From an uncultured Actinomycetes bacterium (GTDB lineage Bacteria > Actinomycetota > Thermoleophilia > Gaiellales > F1-60-MAGs149), in contig CAVZZG010000001.1 of the NCBI GenBank assembly GCA_963779685.1, positions 411,458 to 475,457 on the forward strand: a stretch of DNA of 64,000 nucleotides, given 5' to 3'. The position numbers were made by a program, and so were the translations under genes. This document shows, in pieces, positions 17,826-27,580 of the stretch. Below the pieces are notes generated by a model. It saw nothing but the letters and a program-made list of their open reading frames with translations. It was not told the origin of the DNA and ran no database searches. Position 1 is the stretch's first letter. The number at the start of each line of letters is the position of its first letter.

Positions 17826-18522
17826 TCGTGCACCCCGTGACGTAGGACGCGGCCGGTGAGCACAGCCACGCTACGAGCGCGGCCACCTCGCCCGGCTCGC
17901 CGATCCGCTGCTGGGCATTGAACCAGGCGCGCCCGGCGACGACCTCGGGCGTGATACCCGGCTCCGACATCTGCGTGCGCACCCAGCCGGGGGCGACCGC
18001 GACGGCCCGGATGCCATCGGGCCCGAGCTCGGCGGCCAGCGTCTGCGCGAGGCTGTGAAGGGCGGCCTTCGAGGCGTTGTAGGCAGCCGTGCCCGCCTCC
18101 GTCGCGAGGCCGTTGGCCGAGCCCAGAAGCACGATCGCGCCACCGCCGCCATGTGCCCGCATCGATCGGGCCGCCTCTCGGGCGGCGATGAACGAGCCGA
18201 CGAGGTTGATGTCGACGACCTCCTGGAACGCGGCCGTCGATGTCTCGGTCACCAGTGCGCCGGGTGGATACACGCCGTGGGCCGCGACCAGCGCCGTCAC
18301 CGGGCCTCGCTTCGCGAGCTCGGCGAGCAGGTCGCGGAGCTGGCGCTCATCGCGGACGTCGAGACTGCGGGCCTCGAATGGCCGCCCCGCGAACGCCTCG
18401 CGCGCCGCCTCGACGGTCGAGGCGGAACGAGCGATGGCCGCGACCTCGAAGCCGGCGTCGAGCAGCGCCGCCGAGGTGGCCAGGCCGATCCCCGTCGTCC
18501 CGCCCGTGACGAGGGCGATCAC
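17773..18522 (-). CDS. SDR family oxidoreductase
   Basis: Track ORF (GTG start, GTGA overlap with the upstream gene). TGGTTGIG cofactor motif and YNASKAAL catalytic Tyr/Lys. Confidence 0.9.
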   Translation of the reverse strand: MIALVTGGTTGIGLATSAALLDAGFEVAAIARSASTVEAAREAFAGRPFEARSLDVRDERQLRDLLAELAKRGPVTALVAAHGVYPPGALVTETSTAAFQEVVDINLVGSFIAAREAARSMRAHGGGGAIVLLGSANGLATEAGTAAYNASKAALHSLAQTLAAELGPDGIRAVAVAPGWVRTQMSEPGITPEVVAGRAWFNAQQRIGEPGEVAALVAWLCSPAASYVTGCTITIDGGQMAMAPGPWSD

Positions 18523-19289
18523 TCGGTCCGCCCGGGGTTGCGCAGTGCCTCGGCCGCCCGTGCGGCCGGCGCCGGCGCCACCAGCGGCAGCGTCGCCTGA
18601 CCGAGTACGCGATACAGCACGCCGAGCTCGGGATCGGCCTCGGCGAGCGCCTCCAGATGCCGCGCGATGGTGCCGGCGTCGCCGCGAGCGACCGGCCCGG
18701 TCGGTCGCAGCTCGCCGCCTTCCCGGAAGGCGTTCGCGACGGTCTGCTCGACGAGCGGCTTGAGTGCCACGATTGCATCATCCCGCGCTACGCCGGCTCG
18801 CGCGAGCAGGTCGACGGCCGATGCCACCAGCGTGACGACGTAGTTCGACGCCAGCACGCAGGCCGCGTGCGGCAGCGGCCGCGCCGACTCCGGAAGCGGC
18901 AGCGCCCGGAGGCCGAGCTCTCCGGCGAGTTGCGTCGCGACCCCCAGCGCCTCGGCCGACGCTCCCGTGACGAACGCCGTGACGCCGTCGAGTTGTCCGG
19001 ATCCGCCCTCCGCCGAGAGCGTCTGCGCGGGGTGCAGGACGAACCGGCGCGGCCCCCAGCCGAGCGCGGTCAGGGGCGTCGCTCCCGACAGCATGCCGAG
19101 CCACGGTGAGCCGGGCACGGTGGTCGCCACGTCGGCGATGGCATCGTCGGGCACCGCCAGCACGACGATGTCCGCGCCGGCCGTCGTCTGCGGGTCGCGG
19201 CTCAACGTGCTGGCGATCGCGCGTGCCTCGCAACGCGCCTGGAGCGCGTGGCCTGCCCGTCCCGGGCCGACGATAGCGAGCCTCGTCAT
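18519..19289 (-). CDS. Rossmann-like / DUF2520 domain protein
   Basis: Track ORF. GPGRAG N-terminus; C-terminal ..[24 protein letters not shown] is typical of DUF2520. ATGA overlap with the upstream gene. Confidence 0.75.
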   Translation of the reverse strand: MTRLAIVGPGRAGHALQARCEARAIASTLSRDPQTTAGADIVVLAVPDDAIADVATTVPGSPWLGMLSGATPLTALGWGPRRFVLHPAQTLSAEGGSGQLDGVTAFVTGASAEALGVATQLAGELGLRALPLPESARPLPHAACVLASNYVVTLVASAVDLLARAGVARDDAIVALKPLVEQTVANAFREGGELRPTGPVARGDAGTIARHLEALAEADPELGVLYRVLGQATLPLVAPAPAARAAEALRNPGRTE

Positions 19290-21712
19290 CCGCGTAGCCG
19301 GACGTCGTCGGGGTCATGGAGCGAGGGCGGGGTCACGGTCGCCCGGCGACGCTCGCCCAGGATCGCGACCTCCAGCACGTCGCCGTCGCGGGCGTGGGCG
19401 ACCGGGAGGTAGGCCAGCGCGATCGACCGCCCGACCGTATGCCCGTAGCCGCCCGACGCGACGTACGCGATCAGCTCGCCGTCTGCGTAGACGGGCTCGT
19501 ACCCATGTGCGTCGGCGTCGGTGTCCTCGATCACGAGCGTCGCGAGCCGGTGCGTCGACCCCGCCGCCACCTCCGCCGCCACCGCGTCGCGGCCGATGAA
19601 CTCGCCCTTGCCGGGTCGTACGAACCTCCCCATGCCGGCCTGCAGGGGCGACCAGTCCGCGGACATGTCCGCACCCCACAGCCGGTAGCCCTTCTCGAGC
19701 CGCAGCGACTCGAGCGCGCGGTAGCCGAAGTCCCGCAGCCCAAGGTCCGCGCCGGCCTCGACGATGGCCTCGTACAGGTGGCGCTGGTACTCGATCGGAT
19801 GGTGCAGCTCGTAGCCGAGTTCGCCGACGTAGGACAGGCGCAGCGCCCGGACCGGGGCCATCGCGCACTCCAGTTCGCGGCTCGTGAAGAACGGGAAGGC
19901 GGCGTTCGAGACGTCGCTCCGGGTGAGGCGTGCGAGGAGCGCTCGCGCGTTGGGGCCGGCCAGCGTCAGCACCCCCGTCGCGGCCGAGACGTCCTCGAGG
20001 TGCACGGACCCGTCGCCGGGGAGGTGGCGGTCCATCCACTCGAGGTCGTGGGTGGCCGTGCCGGCGGCCGAGATCACGAGGAAACCGTCTGCGGCCGTGC
20101 GGGTGACCGTCAGGTCGCACTCGATGCCCCCTCGCGGGTTCAGCATCTGGGTGAGGCGCAGGCCGCCGACGTGATCGGGCAGCACGTTCGCGCAGAGCCC
20201 GTCGAGATACCGTTCCGCGCCCGGGCCCGAGACGGCGAACTTCGCGAAGCTCGTCTGGTCGAGGACGCCGACCGCGTCGCGGACCGCCCGGCATTCGGCG
20301 GCGACGGCGTCGTGCCAGTTGCTCTCCGCCCGGCGGAACGCGACCACGTCCTCCCGCGGCTGGCCCTCTGCCGCGAACCACGCGGGCCGCTCCCAGCCGT
20401 TGCGGACCGCGAAGACGGCGCCTCTCGCAGCGAGCAGGTCGTAGATCGGGTCGGTCTTCAGCGGCCTGCCAGCCGGCCACTGCTCTTCGGGCCGGTGCAC
20501 GTCGTACTCGCGGACGTACACCTCGACCGCCCGCCGGCCCGTGTACGAGACCCCGGCGTAATCGCCGAACCGCCGGACGTCGACCTCCCACATGGTGTCG
20601 CGCGGCTGCCCGTCGACGATCCACTCCGCCATCGCGCGGCCCGCGCCGCCCGACCACACGATGCCGAAGATCGAGAACCCGCAGAGCACGTGGACATCGC
20701 GAAGGCCCGGCACCGGCCCCATGAGGCAACGTCCGTCCGGCGTGTACCCGTCCGCGCCGCACAGCGTCTTCCGGATTCCCACCTCGGCCAGGCGCGGGAT
20801 GCGGGTCGCGGCGGCCTCGAGCGGCTCGATGATGCGGCGCATGTCCGGCTTGATCAGGCGGTTCGCCCACCCGGACGGGATACCGTCGGGCGCCCACGGC
20901 TCGAGGTGCCGTTCGAACGGGCCCACGATCAGCGCGTCGTGGTCCTGCCGCACGTAGAAGCGCGCGGCCGGGTCGCGCACGATGGTCAGCTCATCGGTGC
21001 GGGCGGCAACCTCGGGCAGCGGCTCGGTGAACACGTAGTGGTGGGGGAGCGCGACCAGGGGGATTCGCGCACCCGCCATCCCGAGCACCTCGCGTGACCA
21101 CATGCCGGCGGCGCACACGACGGTCGCGGCGACGACCTCGCCGTCCGGGATGGTCAGCCGCCAGCCGCCGGCCACGCGTTCGAACGAGGCGACCGGGCTG
21201 TGACGGAGGATCCGCGCCCCGCGTGCCGTGGCGCCCCTGGCGTAGGCGCCGGCCAGGCTGGCCGGGTCGATCCAGCCGTCCGTGGGCAGATATGCGGCTC
21301 CCGCGAGGCCGGCGGGATCGAGCAGCGGGAACAGCTCGACGGCGCGCTCGGGCTCGATCACCTCGAACGGCACGCCCGCCACCTCGGCGACGCCGGCCAC
21401 GTGGCGGATCTCGTCGAGGTGGTCGCGGCTCGGCGCCAGGCGGATCGACCCGGTCGGGTGGAAGCCGACCGGCTGTCCGGTGTCGGCTTCGAGGGCGCCG
21501 TACACCTCGAGGCTGTGCCGCAGCGCCCCCATCAGCGTGGCGCTCGTCGAGTACTGGGTGCAGAGCCCGGCCGCGTGCCAGGTCGTACCGCTCGTCAGCT
21601 CGTGCTGTTCGAGCAGGACGGTGTCCGTGCATCCGAGCAGCGCGAGGTGGTAGAGCGTGCTGAGGCCGGCGACGCCGCCTCCGATGACGGCGACCCGTGC
21701 TTCGTGGCGCAT
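19286..21712 (-). CDS. FAD-dependent oxidoreductase fused to GcvT-fold domain (dimethylglycine/sarcosine dehydrogenase family)
   Basis: Track ORF, 808 aa. VAVIGGGVAGLS FAD motif and a C-terminal aminomethyltransferase-fold region (..LRLEKGYRLWG..). Confidence 0.85.
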   Translation of the reverse strand: MRHEARVAVIGGGVAGLSTLYHLALLGCTDTVLLEQHELTSGTTWHAAGLCTQYSTSATLMGALRHSLEVYGALEADTGQPVGFHPTGSIRLAPSRDHLDEIRHVAGVAEVAGVPFEVIEPERAVELFPLLDPAGLAGAAYLPTDGWIDPASLAGAYARGATARGARILRHSPVASFERVAGGWRLTIPDGEVVAATVVCAAGMWSREVLGMAGARIPLVALPHHYVFTEPLPEVAARTDELTIVRDPAARFYVRQDHDALIVGPFERHLEPWAPDGIPSGWANRLIKPDMRRIIEPLEAAATRIPRLAEVGIRKTLCGADGYTPDGRCLMGPVPGLRDVHVLCGFSIFGIVWSGGAGRAMAEWIVDGQPRDTMWEVDVRRFGDYAGVSYTGRRAVEVYVREYDVHRPEEQWPAGRPLKTDPIYDLLAARGAVFAVRNGWERPAWFAAEGQPREDVVAFRRAESNWHDAVAAECRAVRDAVGVLDQTSFAKFAVSGPGAERYLDGLCANVLPDHVGGLRLTQMLNPRGGIECDLTVTRTAADGFLVISAAGTATHDLEWMDRHLPGDGSVHLEDVSAATGVLTLAGPNARALLARLTRSDVSNAAFPFFTSRELECAMAPVRALRLSYVGELGYELHHPIEYQRHLYEAIVEAGADLGLRDFGYRALESLRLEKGYRLWGADMSADWSPLQAGMGRFVRPGKGEFIGRDAVAAEVAAGSTHRLATLVIEDTDADAHGYEPVYADGELIAYVASGGYGHTVGRSIALAYLPVAHARDGDVLEVAILGERRRATVTPPSLHDPDDVRLRG

Positions 21713-21721
21713 CCCGTGACT

Positions 21722-22741
21722 CTACAACGCCGATCCGTGCAGCTCGCAGACCACCGCGTCCAGATCGCCCAGCTCGCCGTCGGCGAAATGCACCGTCGCG
21801 CGTTCCGCGAGTGCGGCCCGTACCACCTCGTCCAGGTGGTCGGCGAGCGCCTCGCCGTCCACGATCACGCGGGTCGCGCGACCGGCCGTGAGCGCCGCCA
21901 GCACCGGCCGCCGGCCGCGGGCGAAACCGGCCGGGCGGGCCCGTGCGGCCTCAATCAGGCGGGCCGCCTCGGCGTGCCGTACTGCCGCCAGCTCGGGCGC
22001 GACATCGATGGCGACGGCGGCTGCCGACCGCCACGGCGGGAGGTGGCGCTCGAGGACGAAGCTGCCGGTGACTGCGCCGGCGAGCTGGCGGGCGTGGCGA
22101 GGGTCGCCGCCCACGAGCACGCCGTGCCAGCCGCGCCGGCGCGCCGTATCGCCGATGGCACGGGCGGCATCCGCCACCTCGCGGCTGCGGTGCGCCTCGA
22201 CGCGGCGCTCGTACTGGTCGCGCTGGGACGAGCTCTCGTAGCTGCGCTGCGGCTGTGCCCGCGCGGGTCCCCGCATCTCGTGCCAGTCCCCGCGGGTCGC
22301 GAGCGTGATCGGCGCGAGCTCGGTGGCCGTGCCGTCCGCGCACTCGACCGTGCGGATCCCCTCCAGCCCGACGTCGATCAGGCCCAGGGCGCGGCCCGCG
22401 TCGACCGCCCGGGCGATGTCGACCAGCTCGGCCGATCCACCGATCGTGATCACGGTCGCCACCCGCGCCGGCAGGGTGAAGTGGAAGCGATCGCCGCCGC
22501 CGATGCAGGCGACGAACCCGTGCGCCAGGCCCCGCTGGCGGTTGTCGGTGATCGCAGCGGCCTCCTCGACCAGGTTCTCGGGGATCGGGAGGTCACGGCG
22601 GTGCCGGTGGAGCACCGTGCGGATCTCATGGGCGCTGGCGTCGTCGGGGGTGGCCAGCACCGTCAGGACGCCGATCGGATCGGTGAGGCCCGCGAGGTGC
22701 GCCAGGAACGGCGCGTCGAGATGTCGGGCGAGGTGAGCCAT
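21722..22741 (-). CDS. eRF1-like (baeRF / Vms1-type) domain protein
   Basis: ATG 22741 inside track ORF 21722..23206. Pattern ..SYESSSQRDQYERRVEAHRSREVAD..GWHGVLVGGDPRH.. resembles actinobacterial eRF1-like proteins. Recognition is from memory only. Confidence 0.45.
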   Translation of the reverse strand: MAHLARHLDAPFLAHLAGLTDPIGVLTVLATPDDASAHEIRTVLHRHRRDLPIPENLVEEAAAITDNRQRGLAHGFVACIGGGDRFHFTLPARVATVITIGGSAELVDIARAVDAGRALGLIDVGLEGIRTVECADGTATELAPITLATRGDWHEMRGPARAQPQRSYESSSQRDQYERRVEAHRSREVADAARAIGDTARRRGWHGVLVGGDPRHARQLAGAVTGSFVLERHLPPWRSAAAVAIDVAPELAAVRHAEAARLIEAARARPAGFARGRRPVLAALTAGRATRVIVDGEALADHLDEVVRAALAERATVHFADGELGDLDAVVCELHGSAL

Positions 22742-22828
22742 GTCTTCATGATCCGGCGCTGCGTCCCACCGGCCATCGGCGCGCGCACCAACTGCGCGTT
22801 GCGGGAAAGCCGCGCTACGCTTGGCGCC

Positions 22829-23239
22829 GTGGCTCCGATCGGCACGCGGCAGGACCCCTGGCTGCTGAAGACCCCGAGCGGCGAGCTCGGAGTTCCATGG
22901 CCTACCGCGACGAGACGCTCGACCCGCCGGCGCTCGTCGTGCGACGTCGGCAAGACCGAGCTGCGCTACCAGCTGCGCTGCATCGACGACCTGCACGCCA
23001 TGCTCGAAGGCGCACGGCGACTGGATGCCGCTCGGCAGCGCCGACGAGCAGAAGCCCGCCGCCGACGGCACGGTCGAGGCGTGGGCGCGCTCGGCCGACA
23101 ACCCGGTCGGCGGCTGGTACGGGCTCAAGAAGGGCCTGCGCGGCCGCTTCGCGAATGTACGTGCCGCCCGTGCTCGAAGCAGCTCGGGCTGGCCGAGGTC
23201 GAGCACAACCCGCGCAACAACCGCATGCGCGCCCTCTGA
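22829..23239 (+). pseudogene. conserved small protein (C-terminus ..NPVGGWYGLKKGLRGRF..LGLAEVEHNPRNNRMRAL) broken by five frame changes
   Basis: Consecutive peptide segments lie in frames 2,1,2,3,1,2: VAPIGTRQDPWLLKTPSGEL / SSMAYRDETLDPPALVV / CDVGKTELRYQLRCIDDLHAML / KAHGDWMPLGSADEQKPAADGTVEAWARSADNPVGGWYGLKKGLRGRFA / MYVPPVLEA / LGLAEVEHNPRNNRMRAL*. Breaks lie near 22889, 22940, 23006, 23154 and 23182. No other strand or frame is credibly coding here. Confidence 0.7.
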
Positions 23240-23248
23240 CGCCGGCCG

Positions 23249-24058
23249 CTACTCGCCGCCCGGCTCCAGCTCCCCGCCCGACGTCGACTCCCCGGTGGGC
23301 TTCGAGGGTCCACCGGATCTGAGGTGGGTGAGCAGGTCGACCGGGATCGGCACGATGACCGTCGAGGTGCGCTCGGACGACATCTCGATCAGGGTCTGGA
23401 AGTAGCGGAGCTGCACGGACACGGGCTGCGCGGCCAGGACCTCGGCAGCCTCGGCCAGCTTGGCGGAGGCCTGGAACTCGCCCTCGGCGCTGATCACCTT
23501 CGCGCGCCGCTCGCGCTCGGCCTCGGCTTGGCGTGCCATGGCGCGCTGCATCGACGACGGGATCTCGACGTCCTTGATCTCGACGACCGACACCTTGATA
23601 CCCCACGGCGCGGTCTGCTCGTCGATGATCCGCTGGAGGATGGCGTTGATCGCGTCGCGCTCGGACAGCAGCTCGTCGAGCGAGTGCTGACCGAGGGTCG
23701 AGCGCAGGGTCGTCTGGGCGATCTGGCTCGTCGCGACGAGGTACTGCGCGACCTCGACCACCGAGGCAGTCGGCTCGACCACCCGGAAGTAGGCCACCGC
23801 GTTCACGCGCACCGGCACGTTGTCCTTGGTGATGACCTCCTGAGGTGGCACGTTCAGCGTGATCGTCCGCAGGTCGACCCGCACCATCCGGTCGACGATC
23901 GGGATCAGGAAGATCAGGCCCGGGCCCTTCACCGGGGTGATGAGACGGCCGAGCCGGAAGACGACCGCGCGCTCGTACTCCCGGAGCACCTTCAGCGCCC
24001 CGATCAGCACGGCTAGAGCGAACGCGACCAGAATGGCGGCGACGACGACGGCGATCAT
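23249..24058 (-). CDS. SPFH/band 7 (stomatin-like) protein
   Basis: Track ORF. N-terminal TM plus ..[45 protein letters not shown]. Confidence 0.9.
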   Translation of the reverse strand: MIAVVVAAILVAFALAVLIGALKVLREYERAVVFRLGRLITPVKGPGLIFLIPIVDRMVRVDLRTITLNVPPQEVITKDNVPVRVNAVAYFRVVEPTASVVEVAQYLVATSQIAQTTLRSTLGQHSLDELLSERDAINAILQRIIDEQTAPWGIKVSVVEIKDVEIPSSMQRAMARQAEAERERRAKVISAEGEFQASAKLAEAAEVLAAQPVSVQLRYFQTLIEMSSERTSTVIVPIPVDLLTHLRSGGPSKPTGESTSGGELEPGGE

Positions 24059-25353
24059 ACGGGCTCCTCGGGAGCGGGATGGACGTGGATGAGCAGGCCT
24101 TCGACGCTGTCGACCACGACCTCATGGCCCTCGTCGAGCGGGCCATCGTCGGTGGTCGCCTGCCAGAGCTCGCCGTGCAGGTACACGAGGCCCTCCGGTT
24201 GAAGGCGGGTGCGGACCTCGGCGCGCTGTCCGACCAGCGTCTGGACGCCCGTTGCCGGTGGTGACAGCCGTACGCGTGCGGTCTTCGAGACGACGAACAC
24301 GAAGAAGGTGCCGACGATGGCGCCCGCGCCGATCGCCAGCGGGATCGAGATGGTGGGTGCGTCCCCGCCCGTGGAGAACAGGAGTAACGCTCCCGCGACC
24401 AGGCATATGACGCCGATGGCTCCGATGGCGCCGTGCCCGATGTGCGCCTCGGCCGCGATCATGGCGATGCCCGCGAACGTCAGGGCCAGCCCGGTCCAGG
24501 TGAACGGGATCACCGACAGGCCGAACAGCGCCAGCACCAGCAGGATCCCGCCCGTCACGCCGGGGATGTAGACGCCCGGGTGGGCGACCTCGAACGCGAG
24601 CAGGGCGATGCCCCCCAGCAGCAGCAGGTAGAGGATGTTCGGGTCGATGATCACGTCCAGGATCTGCATGGTCAGCGGCAGCGTGTGCGTCGACACGGTG
24701 GCGCCGGCCGTGTGGAGGACGAGGCCCTTCGGCTTGGTCGTGCGGCCGTCGGCCTGCTGGAGGAGGCTGTCCATGGTCGGCGCGATGATCTCGATGACGC
24801 CGAGCTTCAGTGCCTCGCTGGCCGGCACGTTCGCGGCCTTCCGGACGGCCTGCTCGGCCCAGTCGGCATTGCGGCCGTGTGCCGTCGCGGTGGCCCGGAT
24901 CTGAGCGACCGCATCGTTGAGGATCTTGGTCTTGAGATCGCCCGCCGGGATGTCGCCGCCGCTCGTTACCGGCGTCGAGGAGCCGATGTTCGTCTGCGGC
25001 GACATGGCCGCGAGATCGGTCGCCATCATCACGAAGACACCGGCCGAGGCCGCGCGAGCGCCTTCCGGCGCGACCCAGCCGATCACCGGCACGGGGGAGG
25101 CGAGTTCCGCCTGCGTGATCTCGCGCATCGAGCTGTCGAGGCCCCCCGGCGTATCGATGCGCAGGACGATCGCCGTGTCGCCCGCGTCCTTCGCGGCGTG
25201 GATCTGCTCGACGACGAACTTCGCGGTCACCGGGTCGATCTCCCGGTCGAGCACGATCTCGCGCACCGTTCCCGCCCGCGCCGGAACCGCGCCCGCTGCG
25301 ATCGTCGCCAGCACGGCCAGCGTGAGCAGCAGGAGGTGCCTTGTTCGCGGCAT
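24055..25353 (-). CDS. NfeD family membrane-bound ClpP-class serine protease
   Basis: ATG 25353 inside track ORF 24055..25392. Signal sequence, ..[10 protein letters not shown].. protease domain, TM bundle, C-terminal OB-like domain. ATGA overlap with the SPFH gene. Confidence 0.85.
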   Translation of the reverse strand: MPRTRHLLLLTLAVLATIAAGAVPARAGTVREIVLDREIDPVTAKFVVEQIHAAKDAGDTAIVLRIDTPGGLDSSMREITQAELASPVPVIGWVAPEGARAASAGVFVMMATDLAAMSPQTNIGSSTPVTSGGDIPAGDLKTKILNDAVAQIRATATAHGRNADWAEQAVRKAANVPASEALKLGVIEIIAPTMDSLLQQADGRTTKPKGLVLHTAGATVSTHTLPLTMQILDVIIDPNILYLLLLGGIALLAFEVAHPGVYIPGVTGGILLVLALFGLSVIPFTWTGLALTFAGIAMIAAEAHIGHGAIGAIGVICLVAGALLLFSTGGDAPTISIPLAIGAGAIVGTFFVFVVSKTARVRLSPPATGVQTLVGQRAEVRTRLQPEGLVYLHGELWQATTDDGPLDEGHEVVVDSVEGLLIHVHPAPEEPV

Positions 25354-25399
25354 CGGTCGCGAAGCAGTATAGATTGCGAAATGGCCGTACACTCGGGCC
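25354..25399. promoter_or_regulatory. putative divergent promoter region (NfeD operon / hydrolase-P450 operon)
   Basis: The only locally AT-enriched stretch here (..gcagtatagattgcgaaatggccgtacact..). TANNNT-like hexamers: TACACT 25388-25393 (6 nt before GTG 25400), TAGATT 25370-25375, and TATACT on the minus strand 25371-25366 (12 nt before ATG 25353). Confidence 0.3.
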
Positions 25400-26167
25400 G
25401 TGATCGAGGTCCATCACCGGGAATCGGGGCCTCGCGACGCGCCCGCGATCGTGCTCTCCAACTCGCTCGGCGCGACCCTCGCGATGTGGGACCGGCAGGC
25501 CCCGGAACTCGCCCAGCGCTACCGGGTGGTGCGCTACGACCTGCGTGGCCATGGCGGGTCGCCCGTCCCGGCCGGCCCGTCGACGATCGCCGACCTGGGC
25601 GAGGACCTGCTCGCGCTGCTCGACCGGCTCGACATCGAGCGGGCCGCGCTGGTGGGCGTGTCGATCGGCGGCATGGTGTCGCTCCATGCGGCCGCCGTGG
25701 CGCCCGAGCGGGTGTGGTCGCTCGTGCCCTGCTTCACGGCGGCGTACCTCGGCCCGGCCGAGACCTGGCGCGAGCGGGCCGGCCTCGTCCGCGCCGAGGG
25801 CACCGAGGCCGTGGCGGATGCGGTCATCGCGCGGTGGTTCACGCCCGCCTTCGCAGCCCGCGAGCCCGCCCTGGTGGCCGCCACCCGCGCCGCCATCGCG
25901 GCAACCGACCGGAACGGCTATGCGAGCCTGTGTCACGTCATCGAGACCATGGACCTGCGTGGGTCGCTGGCCGCCATCTCCGCCCCGACCCTCGTGATCG
26001 CCGGCGCTCTCGACCCGTCGATCCCGCCCGAGCATGGCCGCCTGGTCGCCGACGGCATCGCCGGCGCGCGCTTCGCCGTGCTCGAGGGGGCGGCGCATCT
26101 CGGTAACATCGAGTGCGCAGACGCCTTCAACAGGCTGCTCCGTGACCACCTGGAGGCCACCGCGTGA
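25400..26167 (+). CDS. alpha/beta hydrolase, 3-oxoadipate enol-lactonase-like
   Basis: Track ORF (GTG). GVSIGG nucleophile elbow, ..APTLVIAGALDPSIP.., AAHLGNIE. Overall PcaD-like. Confidence 0.75.
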   Translation: MIEVHHRESGPRDAPAIVLSNSLGATLAMWDRQAPELAQRYRVVRYDLRGHGGSPVPAGPSTIADLGEDLLALLDRLDIERAALVGVSIGGMVSLHAAAVAPERVWSLVPCFTAAYLGPAETWRERAGLVRAEGTEAVADAVIARWFTPAFAAREPALVAATRAAIAATDRNGYASLCHVIETMDLRGSLAAISAPTLVIAGALDPSIPPEHGRLVADGIAGARFAVLEGAAHLGNIECADAFNRLLRDHLEATA

Positions 26168-27322
26168 GCGCGACCGAGGACCTCGCCGCCGGCTTCGACC
26201 ACAACGACCACGAGATGCGCCTGAACTGCGCGCGAGGTCTACGGCCGCCTCCGCGAGACCTGTCCGGTGTTCCACAGCGACGTCTGGGGCGGATTCTGGG
26301 TCGCCAGCCGGTACCAGGACGTGTACGAGGTCGGCCGCGATCCCGACCGCTTCGCCTCGGGCCGGGGCGTGATGCTGCCACCCGTCGGCCACGGGCGTCC
26401 CCTGCGGCCGATGGACTCCGACCCGCCGGAGCACGCGGCCTACCGCGAGCTGATGCTCGCACGTTTCGCGCCCGCCGCCGTCGTCGGGATGGAGGACGAT
26501 GTCCGCGCGCTCGCGGCCTCGTTGCTCGACTCGGTGGCCGGCCAGGGCCACGCCGACCTGTACGAGGTGCTGGCCAAGCCGCTGCCGATGCTCGTCATCA
26601 CCCGGCTGCTCGGCATCGAGCGCGACGACGTGTTCTGGGAGTGGACGGACGTGCTCATCTACGGGCGCGTCGACGGCACCGACCCGGCCCGCATCGTCGA
26701 GGTCGCCGACGCCCTCTACGGCTTTCTCGCCGACCAGGTCGAGGACCGCAGGCGCCATCCCGGAGGCGACCTGATCTCGCTGCTGCTGCAGGGCTCGGTC
26801 GGGGAGCGGTCGTTCACGGCCGAGGAGATCCTCGACCTCTGCTTCTTCCTCCTCATCGCCGGGCTCGAGAACACCGCCTTCGGCATTCGCGCGACGCTGC
26901 GGCATCTGGCCGTCCGGCCCGACCACCGGGCCGCCGTCCTCGCCGACCCGGCGCTGGTGCCGAACGTCGTCGAGCAGTCGCTGCGGCTGTACTCGCCCGT
27001 CACGGCGCTCGCCCGCTGGGCGACGCGCGACACCGAGGTCGCGGGCCGGCGGATCCGCGCCGGCGAGCGGGTGCTGCTGCTGTTCGGCTCGGCCAACCGC
27101 GACGGTGCGGTGTTCGCCGACCCCGACGAGTTCCATCTCGATCGGCGCGACGGCCGGCACGTCGCGTTCGGGATCGGACCGCACCGCTGCGTGGGATCGA
27201 ACCTCGCGCGTCTCGAGCTGCGGGTCGCGGTCGAGGAGACCCTGCGGCGCATCCCGGGCTACCGGCTGGCCGGCGAGGATCCCGGCTGGGGCGTGGCCGG
27301 CCCCCTGGAGGTGGTGTGGTGA
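26164..27322 (+). pseudogene. cytochrome P450, frame-broken near N-terminus as assembled
   Basis: GTG 26164 overlaps the previous stop (GTGA). The first 21 codons (VSATEDLAAGFDHNDHEMRLN) are in frame 1. The rest (AREVYGRLRETCPVFHSDVWGGFW...) is in frame 2, which is closed by TGA 26222-26224 and has its first start only at 26267. Heme loop FGIGPHRCVGSNLA, ExxR (EQSLR), I-helix AGLENT. Confidence 0.85.
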
Positions 27323-27513
27323 AGGTCGCCATCGACCGTTCCATGTGCGTCGGCCACGCCCAGTGCTCGGCCATCTGCCCCAGCGTGTTCGGGAGCGATG
27401 AGCTCGGCTACGCCGTGCTCGTGGACGACGGCGATGTCCCTGCCGAGGACGAGGAGTCGGCGCAGCTCGCCGTCGATTCCTGCCCCGAGCAGGCGATCAC
27501 GGTATCTGGCTGA
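27319..27513 (+). CDS. small ferredoxin (CxxHxxC...CP type, 3Fe-4S/4Fe-4S)
   Basis: GTG 27319 overlaps the P450 stop (GTGA). VKVAIDRSMCVGHAQCSAICPSVF...SCPEQAITV, 64 aa. This is the usual P450 partner position. Confidence 0.85.
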   Translation: MKVAIDRSMCVGHAQCSAICPSVFGSDELGYAVLVDDGDVPAEDEESAQLAVDSCPEQAITVSG

Positions 27514-27580
27514 GGCCGCGCCGGTTCGCGAAGGGCGGCCCGGCGCTTGGGAAGCGGTCGGTCGGTACGCTGCCCGGGCC

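Noticed and set aside
23249-25353. SPFH/NfeD operon as a novel system
   Set aside because: This is the classical, widely distributed stomatin-NfeD pair with the usual ATGA coupling; nothing is atypical.
24122-27184. 1020-codon minus-strand ORF across the NfeD / hydrolase / P450 region
   Set aside because: Arg/Pro/Gly/Asp-rich composition and no recognisable motifs. It is antisense or out of frame to four well supported genes, a typical high-GC shadow ORF. The same applies to most other overlapping track ORFs (for example 2977..4038-, 10962..12413-, 13585..15696+, 19316..21097+, 34160..36151+, 35874..37829-, 48837..50540+).
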